From the IMG/VR virus record IMGVR_UViG_3300032770_000005, positions 88,858 to 152,857 of that record: a stretch of 64,000 nt of DNA, one strand, 5' to 3'. The position numbers and the translations under genes are program-made. Positions 18,372 through 27,401 of this stretch are shown in pieces; within the stretch, counting starts at the first letter, position 1; each line of letters begins with the position of its first letter. The stretch comes from a virus. A model generated the notes under the pieces. That model saw only the letters and a list, made by a program, of their open reading frames with translations, searched no databases and had not been told where the DNA came from.

Positions 18372-18770
18372 TCATTCCGCATCACTGGGCGCCGCTTCGC
18401 GAGCGGTCCCCGCTGAGCAAGCCGCACAGCCTTCCTTGCCTTCGCTCGCGCCCATGTCTCGTCGTCTTGCCCAGCGGAATCGTTGACCTCTCGCGGCTCG
18501 CGAGCGACTCCGCCCTCTGCGATAGCACCGGCGTCGCTCGCACATCGATCGAGAAGCTCCAGAAATGGCGTCGGTAGCGGCATCGGCTTCACTTCGAGGA
18601 TCTGCGGCCGCGAGTGCGGCGACTCCATCCACGCCTTCGAGATATCCTCGACGGTGTGCACCGTGTAGGGCACGCCCAGCTTGTCGAGCACCCCGAAGCG
18701 GGAAGTCCGCCGACACTCGCATCGGGACGAGCAGCCCGTCGAGCCTCACCTTGCTGTCCTTCTCGGTCAC
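18372..18770 (-). CDS. hypothetical protein immediately upstream of the array
   Basis: AGGAGG RBS; reading frame of the C-terminal part uncertain. Confidence 0.45.
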   Translation of the reverse strand: MTEKDSKVRLDGLLVPMRVSADFPLRGARQAGRALHGAHRRGYLEGVDGVAALAAADPRSEADAATDAISGASRSMCERRRCYRRGRSRSRAARGQRFRWARRRDMGASEGKEGCAACSAGTAREAAPSDAE

Positions 18771-18807
18771 TCAATCCTCCTGGCCACAGGATCGTGCCGC
18801 ACTGCGG

Positions 18808-19389
18808 CTAGCGCCTGTAGAGCCCGCGCAGGACCAGACGGTCTGCGTCGTCGATCCTCGGCGGGAAGCCCTGCGGCTCGGCCAGCGTGCAGCACGCGCC
18901 GCCGCACATGATCGAGCCGGACCAGCAGTCATGAGCCAAGCCGAGGCAGTGACCCAGCTCGTGCTGGAGCACCAGCGCCCGCATCGTCGTGTCGCCCTCG
19001 TTGCGCGTCTCGACCTCACACCGCCGACTGCCAGGCGTGTACGTCGCGTCGCCACCAGGATCGCGCCAGCCAGCCTCGACCGGTGCACCGACCACTACGC
19101 GCACCTGACACGTCGGCACGTTGCTCACGACCAGCACCGTGAGCCCGAGCCGCTCGTTGATGGTCCCGACCACGTCGACCACGGCATCGAACGCCGCCCG
19201 GTTGTCGTCAGGCGCGCCGCCGTACATCGACACGCACACGGCGATCGGCACGTCGGCCGCCGTGAAGCCAGGCCGCGCATCCATCAGCTCGGGCTCGCTG
19301 TGGTGCATGACGCCGTACACGACGAGCGACAGGACCAGGACCACAAGCCCTGCGATCGCAGCGATCATCGCGATGGAGCCAGGCTTCAC
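18808..19389 (-). CDS. matrixin-like (metzincin) metallopeptidase with N-terminal TM
   Basis: HELGHCLGLAH and Met-turn SIM. Confidence 0.8.
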   Translation of the reverse strand: MKPGSIAMIAAIAGLVVLVLSLVVYGVMHHSEPELMDARPGFTAADVPIAVCVSMYGGAPDDNRAAFDAVVDVVGTINERLGLTVLVVSNVPTCQVRVVVGAPVEAGWRDPGGDATYTPGSRRCEVETRNEGDTTMRALVLQHELGHCLGLAHDCWSGSIMCGGACCTLAEPQGFPPRIDDADRLVLRGLYRR

Positions 19390-19574
19390 GCCGCAGCCTT
19401 CCGCTGCCGATCGCCCACGCCACGGATGGTGCGCCGGTCGGTCTCGGACATGCCGGCCCAGAGCGCGTCCAGCTCCACCTGGTAGCGCTCGACCTCCTCC
19501 TCACCACGCAGCCGAGCACTGCGAAGCCGCTCTCGAACCGCTCGGTACCGCTCCACGAACATCGACTCGGACAT
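19386..19574 (-). CDS. small hypothetical protein
   Basis: GAGG RBS, coupled to next gene. Confidence 0.5.
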   Translation of the reverse strand: MSESMFVERYRAVRERLRSARLRGEEEVERYQVELDALWAGMSETDRRTIRGVGDRQRKAAA

Positions 19575-19593
19575 GACCACCTCACTGCGTCCC

Positions 19594-19632
19594 AAAAGGA
19601 ACGAGGGCGCCCCGTTGAGAAGGCGCCCTCGT
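19594..19632 (-). terminator. intrinsic terminator-like hairpin
   Basis: 11-bp stem 19601-19611/19622-19632 followed by TCCTTTT on the - strand. Confidence 0.55.
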
Positions 19633-19820
19633 CAGGTTCTCCGAAGAAGAAGCCTACGCCGGAACGCCGCCCACTTGCCGGTTCTTGCTCTTGCTTTCGC
19701 TGGCCAACCACAGGCCGCCGGGCCGAACGGAAATCGTCGTCGGAACTCCGAGCGACGCGGCGGACCTGAAGCTGGTTCTGCACATGGGCACATCAACTCC
19801 TGCGGGAAGATCTGACACGA
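19594..19820 (-). ncRNA. candidate structured ncRNA (~220 nt)
   Basis: no credible ORF; own -35/operator upstream and terminator downstream; GCGAAAGC and cUUCGg tetraloops. Confidence 0.4.
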
Positions 19821-19832
19821 CCGTTGTCGCAC

Positions 19833-19851
19833 GTGTCCGACACCATGTCAA
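19833..19851 (-). promoter_or_regulatory. putative -35 box (TTGACA) with adjacent palindromic operator GTGTCGGACAC
   Basis: matches 14866-14885. Confidence 0.5.
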
Positions 19852-20246
19852 TGAATCAGCTCGTCGACCGCATCACCGTCGAGCCACAGACGGCGCGGCT
19901 CCAGATACACGTAGGTGGGGATCGGCTTCCTGCGAGCCAGCGAGATCGAATGCATCGTGCCGGCAGACACGCCATCCCAGAGCGCCACCAACTCGTCGGA
20001 TTCGTTCACGATGGCCTGGTTGCGGATGAATCCTGCCGAGCGGCCATGGAGGTGCCACTCGGCAGGAAAGACGATGGGCGCTGTGGAGCAGAGCCTGCGT
20101 GCGGCGCGCTCGGCCAGCGTGTCGGCGCCTTGCGCTCCGCCGCTGACGATGACGACCGACGGGTCGCGCTCCACCAGGCGCTTGACCACGCGCTCGACGA
20201 GCTGCCGATCGAAGAACGTCCTCGACCCGACGATCGCGACCTTCAC
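19848..20246 (-). CDS. SLOG superfamily (YspA/DUF2493-like) protein
   Basis: MKVAIVGSR, IVSGGAQGADTLAE, AGFIRNQAIV, WDGVSAGT. Confidence 0.85.
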   Translation of the reverse strand: MKVAIVGSRTFFDRQLVERVVKRLVERDPSVVIVSGGAQGADTLAERAARRLCSTAPIVFPAEWHLHGRSAGFIRNQAIVNESDELVALWDGVSAGTMHSISLARRKPIPTYVYLEPRRLWLDGDAVDELIH

Positions 20247-20272
20247 TGCTCAGGCCAGGAGCGCGTCGGACT

Positions 20273-21616
20273 TCATCGGCTGCCCGCCAGGTTGGGATGC
20301 CGCGTCTTGAAGTACGGGTAGTAGATGGGCGTCTCCACTTCGAGCCCACGCTTGTTGAACCACTCCACGCTCGTGGAGCTGAGCACGTCGTCGAGATGGC
20401 TCTCCAGCTTGAGCGCGGTGATCATGCTCCGATCGTAGACGCGGACCTCGGCCATCGAGCCGACGTACATGACCGTGTCCTCGCGCTCCGGCTGCTCCCA
20501 GTCGCTCGGCGGCCGGACCTGCCAACCGTGCCGCAGGCGCCCTTCGCAGGCGTTCGCCCAGTCGGAGAGCCACACGCGCGAGCGAGCGCTGACGTCGAAC
20601 CCGAGCGCCTGCGCGGCAGCAGGCTCGGCGCACAGCCAGTCGGCATCGAGCTGCGCTTCGACCACGCCGATCTGCTCGATGTCGATGTCCGCCAGCAGCC
20701 GCGGGCTCGTGTGCATGAAGAGCGGGTTGTACAGCTCGTGCTCCCAGTCGGCGAAGCTCAGCATGTACTTGTAGAACTCGAACCGCTGGTTCGCGGCGTA
20801 GTAGCCGAGGTCGCGCGCACTCAGCTCGCCCATCTCCGCGACGAGCTGTGGTGAGCCCCATGCCTGCGCCGCGTACGGCTTGCTGGCCCCGTGATGATAG
20901 AGGAGCCGCGGATCGACGAGCTGGTCGAGGTGCGCGACCAGCACATCGAGCCGCACCCGATTCAGCCACGCGTGCTCGCCGGCGGTCACGGGCACGAGGC
21001 CCTGGTCGATGCGCACGACGTCATCGGGCGAGAGCCGCATGCTGTCGAGCTGCGACCGGGTCCCCTTCGGTGCGAGGCGGTGGCCTTCGATGATCATCTG
21101 CCCGAGCTGAAGCTCGCCGCGGGCTGCCAAGGCCAGCGCCCGCAGGCCGATGACGATCGCCTCCGCGATGCGCCTGTCGAGCGTGAAGCTCACCGACTCC
21201 GAGGGGCCGCCTCCCGTCGCGTGGATGTCGTCGCCGAGCATGCTGCGCGGCTTGAGGCCCTCGCTGAGCACTCGGTCGAGCGCGAGCGTCGCGTGGTACA
21301 CACGGCGCCCCCGAGGCCAACGGAAGCCGCGTGGCTTCTCGCTGCTGTTCGGCATGAGCGGAGGCGGCAGATCTTCGACCGCCGCCACTGCCTGCTCGAT
21401 CATGTCGGGCGTCAGGTGCAGCGCGCCGTAGGCCGCAGCCGACCGCAGTCGGCTCTCCAGGATGATCCGTACGACGGTGGACACCGGCGCGACGGGATCG
21501 AAGGCGAACGCGCTCGCGACGTTGTTGGCGACCTCGGAGGCCAGATCAAGACCCACGATCGGCGTGAGGCGTGCAGCCACACGCGAAGCGAAGTCGTGCA
21601 GGCTCGCGCGGCTCAT
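20273..21616 (-). CDS. ADP-ribosyltransferase-fold protein with N-terminal extra domain
   Basis: VYHAT..VLSEGLKPRS..SVSFTLDRRIAEAI; late EVRVY. Confidence 0.55.
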   Translation of the reverse strand: MSRASLHDFASRVAARLTPIVGLDLASEVANNVASAFAFDPVAPVSTVVRIILESRLRSAAAYGALHLTPDMIEQAVAAVEDLPPPLMPNSSEKPRGFRWPRGRRVYHATLALDRVLSEGLKPRSMLGDDIHATGGGPSESVSFTLDRRIAEAIVIGLRALALAARGELQLGQMIIEGHRLAPKGTRSQLDSMRLSPDDVVRIDQGLVPVTAGEHAWLNRVRLDVLVAHLDQLVDPRLLYHHGASKPYAAQAWGSPQLVAEMGELSARDLGYYAANQRFEFYKYMLSFADWEHELYNPLFMHTSPRLLADIDIEQIGVVEAQLDADWLCAEPAAAQALGFDVSARSRVWLSDWANACEGRLRHGWQVRPPSDWEQPEREDTVMYVGSMAEVRVYDRSMITALKLESHLDDVLSSTSVEWFNKRGLEVETPIYYPYFKTRHPNLAGSR

Positions 21617-21676
21617 GCAGCGAGGCTAGCACGGAAGTGTGTTGCAAGAACCAGCGTTGCCGGCTACCGTGGGCCC

Positions 21677-21844
21677 ATGCAGCAGAAGCCGATCGAGCAG
21701 CAGCTCGCCGAGGCCCGACGGGAGATCACACGCCTCACCGAGCAGAATGACCTGCTCGTGCACATGATCAAGCGCGCCGCCAGAGAGATGAAGGCCGGCG
21801 GCAAGGACCTGCTCACCGACCTCGAACGCACACTGAAGGAGTGA
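21677..21844 (+). CDS. small coiled-coil protein
   Basis: MQQKPIEQQLAEARREI; coupled to next gene. Confidence 0.5.
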   Translation: MQQKPIEQQLAEARREITRLTEQNDLLVHMIKRAAREMKAGGKDLLTDLERTLKE

Positions 21845-22371
21845 CCACCATGAAGCCGTGGACCCGCTGGCTGCTCTACCCGGCGCTCTTGCCGACAGAC
21901 ATCGTGGGCTGGCTGCTCGTGTGCGTGCTGCGCCTGCTGTTCGGCAAGGCGCTCGGCTGGGAGGACGGCGTGCTCATCGTCGACCTCGACCCCAACTCGT
22001 GGTTCGCCACGACGCTCTTCAAGAACTGGGGCGGCGCGACCATCGGCCATGCGATCATCGTGCACAGCGTCAGTGCCGAGGCACGCAAGCGCATCTTGAC
22101 CCACGAGCGCGTGCACGTGACGCAGCACGAGACGAACGCGCTCGCGGGACTGGTGCTCGCGCTTCCGACGTGCGTCATGCTGGACTTCCCGAGGCTCGCG
22201 GGCCTGGTGCTGCCGCTTGCCGGATTCGTGTGGACGATGACCCCGTGGCTGGTCTACGTCGCCGGCTACATCACCGGCGCCTGCTACGGGCTCAACGCGT
22301 ATCTCGGCAACCCCGCCGAAGAGGCCGCTCGCGACCACACGCAGGTCGTGGACAGCACATCCGATTCGTGA
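21841..22371 (+). CDS. membrane protein with HExxH motif
   Basis: GGATIGH..ILTHERVHVTQ..NPAEEAA; several TM segments. Confidence 0.65.
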   Translation: MTTMKPWTRWLLYPALLPTDIVGWLLVCVLRLLFGKALGWEDGVLIVDLDPNSWFATTLFKNWGGATIGHAIIVHSVSAEARKRILTHERVHVTQHETNALAGLVLALPTCVMLDFPRLAGLVLPLAGFVWTMTPWLVYVAGYITGACYGLNAYLGNPAEEAARDHTQVVDSTSDS

Positions 22372-22372
22372 G

Positions 22373-22600
22373 GTGAGCAGCATGCCCGAGGACGACGCCA
22401 GCAAGAACATGGCAGACAGTTCATTCCGGACTGCCGACGAAGCCGAACTGTGGAAAAGCGTCTACTTGGCGTACCTGAGATCGACAATCACGGTATCTCA
22501 CAACGACAAGGCTATGACCTTGACAGAACTTGCCGACAGCGCCGTCCTGCTCTACCGCAAGCGCCGCAAGCACCTCGACGCGAGCGGCCCGTACCGATGA
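22373..22600 (+). CDS. hypothetical protein
   Basis: 75 aa ORF in operon. Confidence 0.5.
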   Translation: MSSMPEDDASKNMADSSFRTADEAELWKSVYLAYLRSTITVSHNDKAMTLTELADSAVLLYRKRRKHLDASGPYR

Positions 22601-22821
22601 GGCGCTGGGGACCAGCGAAGGGCACGCCGTTCGGGCTGCCTGACAACTTCGTGGTCGGTGACCGGGTTTCGATCCGCCCGCATGGACGGCTCGGCGTCAT
22701 CGCCGCGCTGCCGGTGCGGCTCGACGAGGGCTACCTCGTGCGCATGGACGACGGAACCGACCTGCGCGCGAACTGGTTCATCGTCGACCGCGTGGAGCCG
22801 CTCATGGTCATCCAGAAGCGG

Positions 22822-23193
22822 CTAGCAGCCTTCCCAGCGAAAGCCGAGCAGCTCCATGCAGCAGGTCGCGAGGTCGCGCGCGACCGGGTCGGCGACCGAC
22901 TCGCGTGCGAGCAGCCGCAGGAACAGGTGCAGCACCTGGAGGTCGCTGAAGACGACGGAGACGCCGTCGGGCTCGACGCGGACATCGAGGCGATCTTCGT
23001 ACTGGAGTGAGATCGCAGCCGCGATGCGCGAGGCCACGCGCACGGCTCGTGAGTCGTCGAGCGCGAAGCCGAACACGTAGGGCGGTGCGTGCAGCGCGGT
23101 CTGGCCCCGATCGTTCCTGTAGCGCCAGACGTGGCGCTTGAACTCGTCGAAGGTCGGGACAGATCCAAACGGTAGCTCTGCCGGGACCGTCAT
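22822..23193 (-). CDS. hypothetical protein
   Basis: last gene of the long - strand block. Confidence 0.55.
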   Translation of the reverse strand: MTVPAELPFGSVPTFDEFKRHVWRYRNDRGQTALHAPPYVFGFALDDSRAVRVASRIAAAISLQYEDRLDVRVEPDGVSVVFSDLQVLHLFLRLLARESVADPVARDLATCCMELLGFRWEGC

Positions 23194-23741
23194 CTGTACC
23201 CGTAGACCCCGAGCAGCTTGGCGAGTTCGAGCATCTCGTGGTCGGTGAAGCCTTCGGGAACGAAGTGACGCGATTCACCGTAGTCTTCGCGGGTCTCGAA
23301 GAACCAGCTCGGTACGCCATGGCTCGTGTCCGCTTCCAGCGGTCCGGGCCGCTCATCGCCGATGAACCGCGCCGCCGCCTCGGCCCACGATTCTACGACA
23401 TCGTCGTCGCGCTCACGGTCGTCGTTCCTGATGAGGATGCTTGGCAGCAGCCAGCCACGCTCGGCATCGCCTTCGGCCGCGCTCTCCTCCGTCACGATCT
23501 CATAGGTCATGTTGATCAATCGACAGCAGTCGCCACCGACCCGTGTGATCGTGTGACCGCCTACGGGGTCGTAGAACGACTCGCCTGGTGCGATCTGTGG
23601 CATCAACTGCATAGCGGCTGCACCAGATCCGGGGTCGAGATAGTCGACGATCGTCCACGGAAGATCTACGGGACCAGCCGGCGTTGGCACGGTAGCAACG
23701 AACGGTTCGCCGTCGACGAGGATGTAGTACGGATAGGGCAT
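23190..23741 (-). CDS. hypothetical protein
   Basis: coupled ORF; C-terminal TYEIVTEESAAEGDAERGW. Confidence 0.55.
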   Translation of the reverse strand: MPYPYYILVDGEPFVATVPTPAGPVDLPWTIVDYLDPGSGAAAMQLMPQIAPGESFYDPVGGHTITRVGGDCCRLINMTYEIVTEESAAEGDAERGWLLPSILIRNDDRERDDDVVESWAEAAARFIGDERPGPLEADTSHGVPSWFFETREDYGESRHFVPEGFTDHEMLELAKLLGVYGYR

Positions 23742-24325
23742 CAGGTAGCGGCTTTCCTGACGCGCATCATGACGTTGTAGGCGCGGTCGATCTTCTCGAA
23801 CTCCGCCCGAGCGCGCTCGCGCTCGCCATCGGGAGCGCCAGGGGGCACGCGGTCGGGATGCCACTGCAACGCCAGCGCTCGGTAGGCGCGCTTCACCGTA
23901 TCGGCGTCGGCGTCGCGAGCGACGCCCAAGATCTCCCACGGCATCGGGCCCGGCGGCGGCTTCGGTCGAGCGCCGGCGGCGGCTTGACCAGCGACGTTCT
24001 TCGCGGCCTGCGCGGTCTGACTCCGCAGCGCCTCCAGCTTCTGCGCGAGGTTGTCGTACATGATCTTGAAGCAGCGGCGACAGGTGCCCCAGTGGTGACC
24101 TGCCTGAGGCGGATGAGGCGAGACGAACTCGACGTCGCTGATCGCGAACGACTGCCAGCACACGGCGCACTTGATCTGCGTCGCGTGCGGCAGGCGCGGC
24201 GTTGCATCGCGCTGTCGCTCGAAGAAGCCGTCGAGCATCTTGGTCGCGCGGTCGAAGACGGCGTCGACGCCCACGTCCACAGCGCGGTCGACCAGCTGCT
24301 CTGCTCGCATGCCCCGCTTCGGCAT
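23741..24325 (-). CDS. J-domain (DnaJ-like) co-chaperone with Zn-finger
   Basis: WEILGV..VKRAYRALALQWHPDR..FEKIDRAY; CAVC/CRRC. Confidence 0.85.
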   Translation of the reverse strand: MPKRGMRAEQLVDRAVDVGVDAVFDRATKMLDGFFERQRDATPRLPHATQIKCAVCWQSFAISDVEFVSPHPPQAGHHWGTCRRCFKIMYDNLAQKLEALRSQTAQAAKNVAGQAAAGARPKPPPGPMPWEILGVARDADADTVKRAYRALALQWHPDRVPPGAPDGERERARAEFEKIDRAYNVMMRVRKAAT

Positions 24326-24535
24326 CAGAGCACCACGAGCGCGCCGAGCCCGTCACCGCTGTCGCCCATCGGGAAGTTCGTGACGGGCCGTGGCGCGTGG
24401 TTGGGCATCGTCACGTAGATCGTGGGCGGCGGCGGCCGCGGCCCGACGACGTAGGGCGGCGGCGGCGCAGCGGCGCGGATGAAGAGCGGACGAGCAGGCG
24501 TGCGGTGGTAGCTCATGAGCAAACACTACCAGGCG

Positions 24536-25405
24536 TCAGCGCGGCCGGCGACTGGTTCGCCGGCTGGTCCGACGGTTCGGTGCGGTGTGCCGACCCTTCC
24601 ACAACCGACGCGGTGGCGGCGCCGCCGGCCAGTGATCGTCGAGCGGCTCCAGCAGCCGCAAGAGCGCTTGCGCCCGCACCGGCGCGTACTGCGCAGCGCC
24701 TTGCACGTTCTGCGGCACGGGGAAGACGAGCAACGTCTCCATCGAGTCGTAGTGCGAGTACGGCGCGTTGTACCACCTGATGCGAATGCCAGAGCGCTGG
24801 TCGAGCGACTCGATGACGCCCTTGAAGCCTACCGGCACCTTCTGGTCGGCCGACCTGAACGTGCTCATCGGCTTCAGCGCCTTGACCACGGTGCCGGGAG
24901 CGTACGTCCGGAGAATCCACAACCACTCGTCCGACTCGTCGGTCGTCGGCGGCGGCGGAGCAGGGTTACCTACGATGGGGTTGGCCTCGATGTCCGGATG
25001 GATGGCGAAGTCGGGCACGCGTCCCACCATGTTGAGCAGCTGCGCGACCTCGTCCTGTGCATCTTGCCGCTCACTCAGCGACCAGCGGCCGCCCAGGTCC
25101 CACGCGACACGGGCCAGGCGCTCGTAGAAGAGCATGAGCGCGGCTCTGCTGAACACGACCGCGGTGCCCATGCGCCCTTCCAGCCGCCCCTCCACCTGCC
25201 CGGTCCTGAGCAGCTCGCGCGCGAGCGGCGTCAGCGTGCTCCACTCGACGACCATGCGCTGCGGAAATGCCGGCGTCCGATCGCCGGCCATCTGCACGCG
25301 CAAGCCCGGCTGCGTCTGATCGAGCATCTGCTGAAGCGCTCGCCGCGACGCGAGCGATGCCGCCAGCGCCGGCGAGTACGCGCTCGGTCTGCGACGGCTA
25401 CTCAT
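24536..25405 (-). CDS. hypothetical protein with basic termini
   Basis: IEANPIVGNP linker; ends TAPNRRTSRRTSRRPR. Confidence 0.6.
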   Translation of the reverse strand: MSSRRRPSAYSPALAASLASRRALQQMLDQTQPGLRVQMAGDRTPAFPQRMVVEWSTLTPLARELLRTGQVEGRLEGRMGTAVVFSRAALMLFYERLARVAWDLGGRWSLSERQDAQDEVAQLLNMVGRVPDFAIHPDIEANPIVGNPAPPPPTTDESDEWLWILRTYAPGTVVKALKPMSTFRSADQKVPVGFKGVIESLDQRSGIRIRWYNAPYSHYDSMETLLVFPVPQNVQGAAQYAPVRAQALLRLLEPLDDHWPAAPPPRRLWKGRHTAPNRRTSRRTSRRPR

Positions 25406-25408
25406 GGC

Positions 25409-25990
25409 TCAGTAGTCGTCCTCGTAGTCTTCGGGACGATCGCGCTCGGCGTACTCCCTGTACGCCTCTTCTTCGTTCCAGTGCTCGTACGGACGCATCA
25501 TGCGCCCCCCGAGGTCATGCAGCAGCTCCTCGATGACCTCGCGGCGCAGACGCAGTTCCTCGTCCCGCTCTCGGAGTTCGCCCTGGTGCTTCTTCCCCAG
25601 ATCTTGCTGGATCTTGAGGACGGCCTGTCGTTCGCCACCAAGCGCCTCGATCTGCTCCGGCGACATGGCATCGACCTGCTCGCGGGCTTCGTCTTCAAGA
25701 CGTTCCCAGAGCATCTCCATATCCGCCTCGCGATCTTCGCGCGAGCGGAACGAGCGTTGCTCTCGTTCTTCTTCGACCTGGTTCCACTCGCCGGCGAGCT
25801 TGCGGATCATCTCTTCGCGGATCTGCTGCTTGCGCGGGTCTTCGCCCTCGCGCGGCTCGACCTCGAACCCGCGCTCGTTGTAGTTGCGTCGCAGCGGCCG
25901 GACCGCGACTGGGCGCCGTGACGTCCGCCGCGGACGCGGTGAGTTCCGACGGGGCGACGGTGAATGACGGGGACGAGACGATCGACGCAT
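25409..25990 (-). CDS. Arg-rich leader fused to an acidic coiled-coil body
   Basis: AGGAG RBS; leader shared with 26011-26721. Confidence 0.6.
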   Translation of the reverse strand: MRRSSRPRHSPSPRRNSPRPRRTSRRPVAVRPLRRNYNERGFEVEPREGEDPRKQQIREEMIRKLAGEWNQVEEEREQRSFRSREDREADMEMLWERLEDEAREQVDAMSPEQIEALGGERQAVLKIQQDLGKKHQGELRERDEELRLRREVIEELLHDLGGRMMRPYEHWNEEEAYREYAERDRPEDYEDDY

Positions 25991-26010
25991 GGTGCACTCC
26001 TTCTACGAGG

Positions 26011-26721
26011 TCAGCTCTTCACCTTCGCACACTCGTACTCCATGGCCGCAAGCATGCGGTCGACCGTCTCCTCATTCGTTTTCGCCTGATCGAGCCCGAT
26101 CAGGTCGTACACGCGCGACGGCGCACGGAAGAACTCTTCCAGCGCGTGCTCTGCGGCGCCCACCGACGCGCTGGTCGAGGCTGCCGCAACGCGGGCGGCC
26201 CAGTCCAACAAGAACAGCAACAGCACGTCCGCGTGCTGAAGGTGCTTCGCGATGACCGCATCAGGACGAGCGGGGAACTCCAGTCCCATCGCTGCTTCGC
26301 CGAACTCTCTGCTGCTGACTACGCGCCCGGCTGCCCCGCGCTCAAGCAACTTCAGGACACGCTTGATCGCGCGTACCTCAGCCGTATGTTTTCGCGACGC
26401 TCCGCCAGTCCGTCGCAGTCCCATCGACACGAGCGCCAGCGCGACCCCCACTACGATCGCACGACACTGGTAGTCCAGCCGACCACGGATGCGCCGGGGC
26501 ACAAGCGGCAACCCGCGGCGCAACGATGCTACGCGCTGGCGGATCTCCGCCGGATGATAGCGGTAGCCCCTGTGTTGCTGGATCTCGTCCAGCAGATAGT
26601 CCAGAGCACGCAGTTCAACCGCAGCGGTGCTCGTCGGGCGCCGTGACGTCCGCCGCGGTCGCGGTGAGTTCCGGCGCAGGGAGCGAGAGTGGTGGCGAGT
26701 GGGACGCGACGATCGGCGCAT
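26011..26721 (-). CDS. Arg-rich leader fused to an unrelated body
   Basis: AGGAG RBS; leader shared with 25409-25990. Confidence 0.55.
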   Translation of the reverse strand: MRRSSRPTRHHSRSLRRNSPRPRRTSRRPTSTAAVELRALDYLLDEIQQHRGYRYHPAEIRQRVASLRRGLPLVPRRIRGRLDYQCRAIVVGVALALVSMGLRRTGGASRKHTAEVRAIKRVLKLLERGAAGRVVSSREFGEAAMGLEFPARPDAVIAKHLQHADVLLLFLLDWAARVAAASTSASVGAAEHALEEFFRAPSRVYDLIGLDQAKTNEETVDRMLAAMEYECAKVKS

Positions 26722-26733
26722 GGTGCACTCCTG

Positions 26734-26913
26734 TCAGCTGCCAGGCTCAGCGGGACCGCCCAAGATCTTGTTGATGCCGATCGGCCCGCCGCTGAGCGGC
26801 CAGATGGCCCACCTGAGCTGGTTCACGGCGACCGCTGCGACGAAGCCGCATGCGAAGATGACCGCGGCAGTGCTGCCGCGACGGTTGCGTCGCATGCGGC
26901 GCGGCAGGCTCAT
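26734..26913 (-). CDS. small TM protein (59 aa, not in ORF track)
   Basis: MSLPRRMRRNRRGSTAAVIFACGFVAAVAV...; ATGA coupling. Confidence 0.55.
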   Translation of the reverse strand: MSLPRRMRRNRRGSTAAVIFACGFVAAVAVNQLRWAIWPLSGGPIGINKILGGPAEPGS

Positions 26914-27401
26914 GATTGCGCCTTGCGCGCTTCCTGACCGCGCTTGTGGCCGTCGAGGTAGGGGCTACCGCCCCACTCGTTTCGGCGCTTGCGCTTGCCA
27001 GTAAACCCGTCGGTGAAGCCGGCGCGGAAGTCATCGAAGTCCGCAAGCGACTCGGCTGTTGGCTGCTCAGCGAGAGCATATTCGTGGAGCTGGGACGTTG
27101 TGTACGGATCGCCCAAGATGAGGTACAGACGCTTGTCGTCACCACGCACAATAGTCCCTGGTCCGCGATACTCGCCAGTGGCCGGAGTCCCGTCCAGGTT
27201 GCTGACGGGGATTTTTACATGGTATGTGCCGTACTCGTATGGCGCATGCGCCGCAGGACCGCTGACCGGACGCGCGTCAACGGTCTGCCACATGAAACCG
27301 TCAGCGACGAACACGCGACTCGGCGGATTGCGCCGCATGCGACGCCGGGGTGTCCGCTTCTTGCGTGAACTGCGCTTCGGCTTGCGTGATGTTCGCTTCA
27401 C
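26910..27401 (-). CDS. Arg-rich leader (MRRNP) plus globular domain
   Basis: GTG start after GGAGG. Confidence 0.6.
   Translation of the reverse strand: MKRTSRKPKRSSRKKRTPRRRMRRNPPSRVFVADGFMWQTVDARPVSGPAAHAPYEYGTYHVKIPVSNLDGTPATGEYRGPGTIVRGDDKRLYLILGDPYTTSQLHEYALAEQPTAESLADFDDFRAGFTDGFTGKRKRRNEWGGSPYLDGHKRGQEARKAQS

Noticed and set aside
16361-18486. Long ORFs spanning the array (e.g. 17410-18375, 16962-17777)
   Set aside because: Translations of the repeat-spacer pattern in stop-poor GC-rich DNA
16529-18770. Array-flanking ORFs as cas genes
   Set aside because: Short, with no RuvC, Cas1, Cas2 or Cas6 motifs recognised; divergent accessory roles not excluded
22450-23010. + strand ORF (RRWGPAKG..., SH3-like start at 22597)
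   Set aside because: N-terminal part is plausible but it overlaps 22822-23193 antisense by ~190 bp; boundaries unsupported
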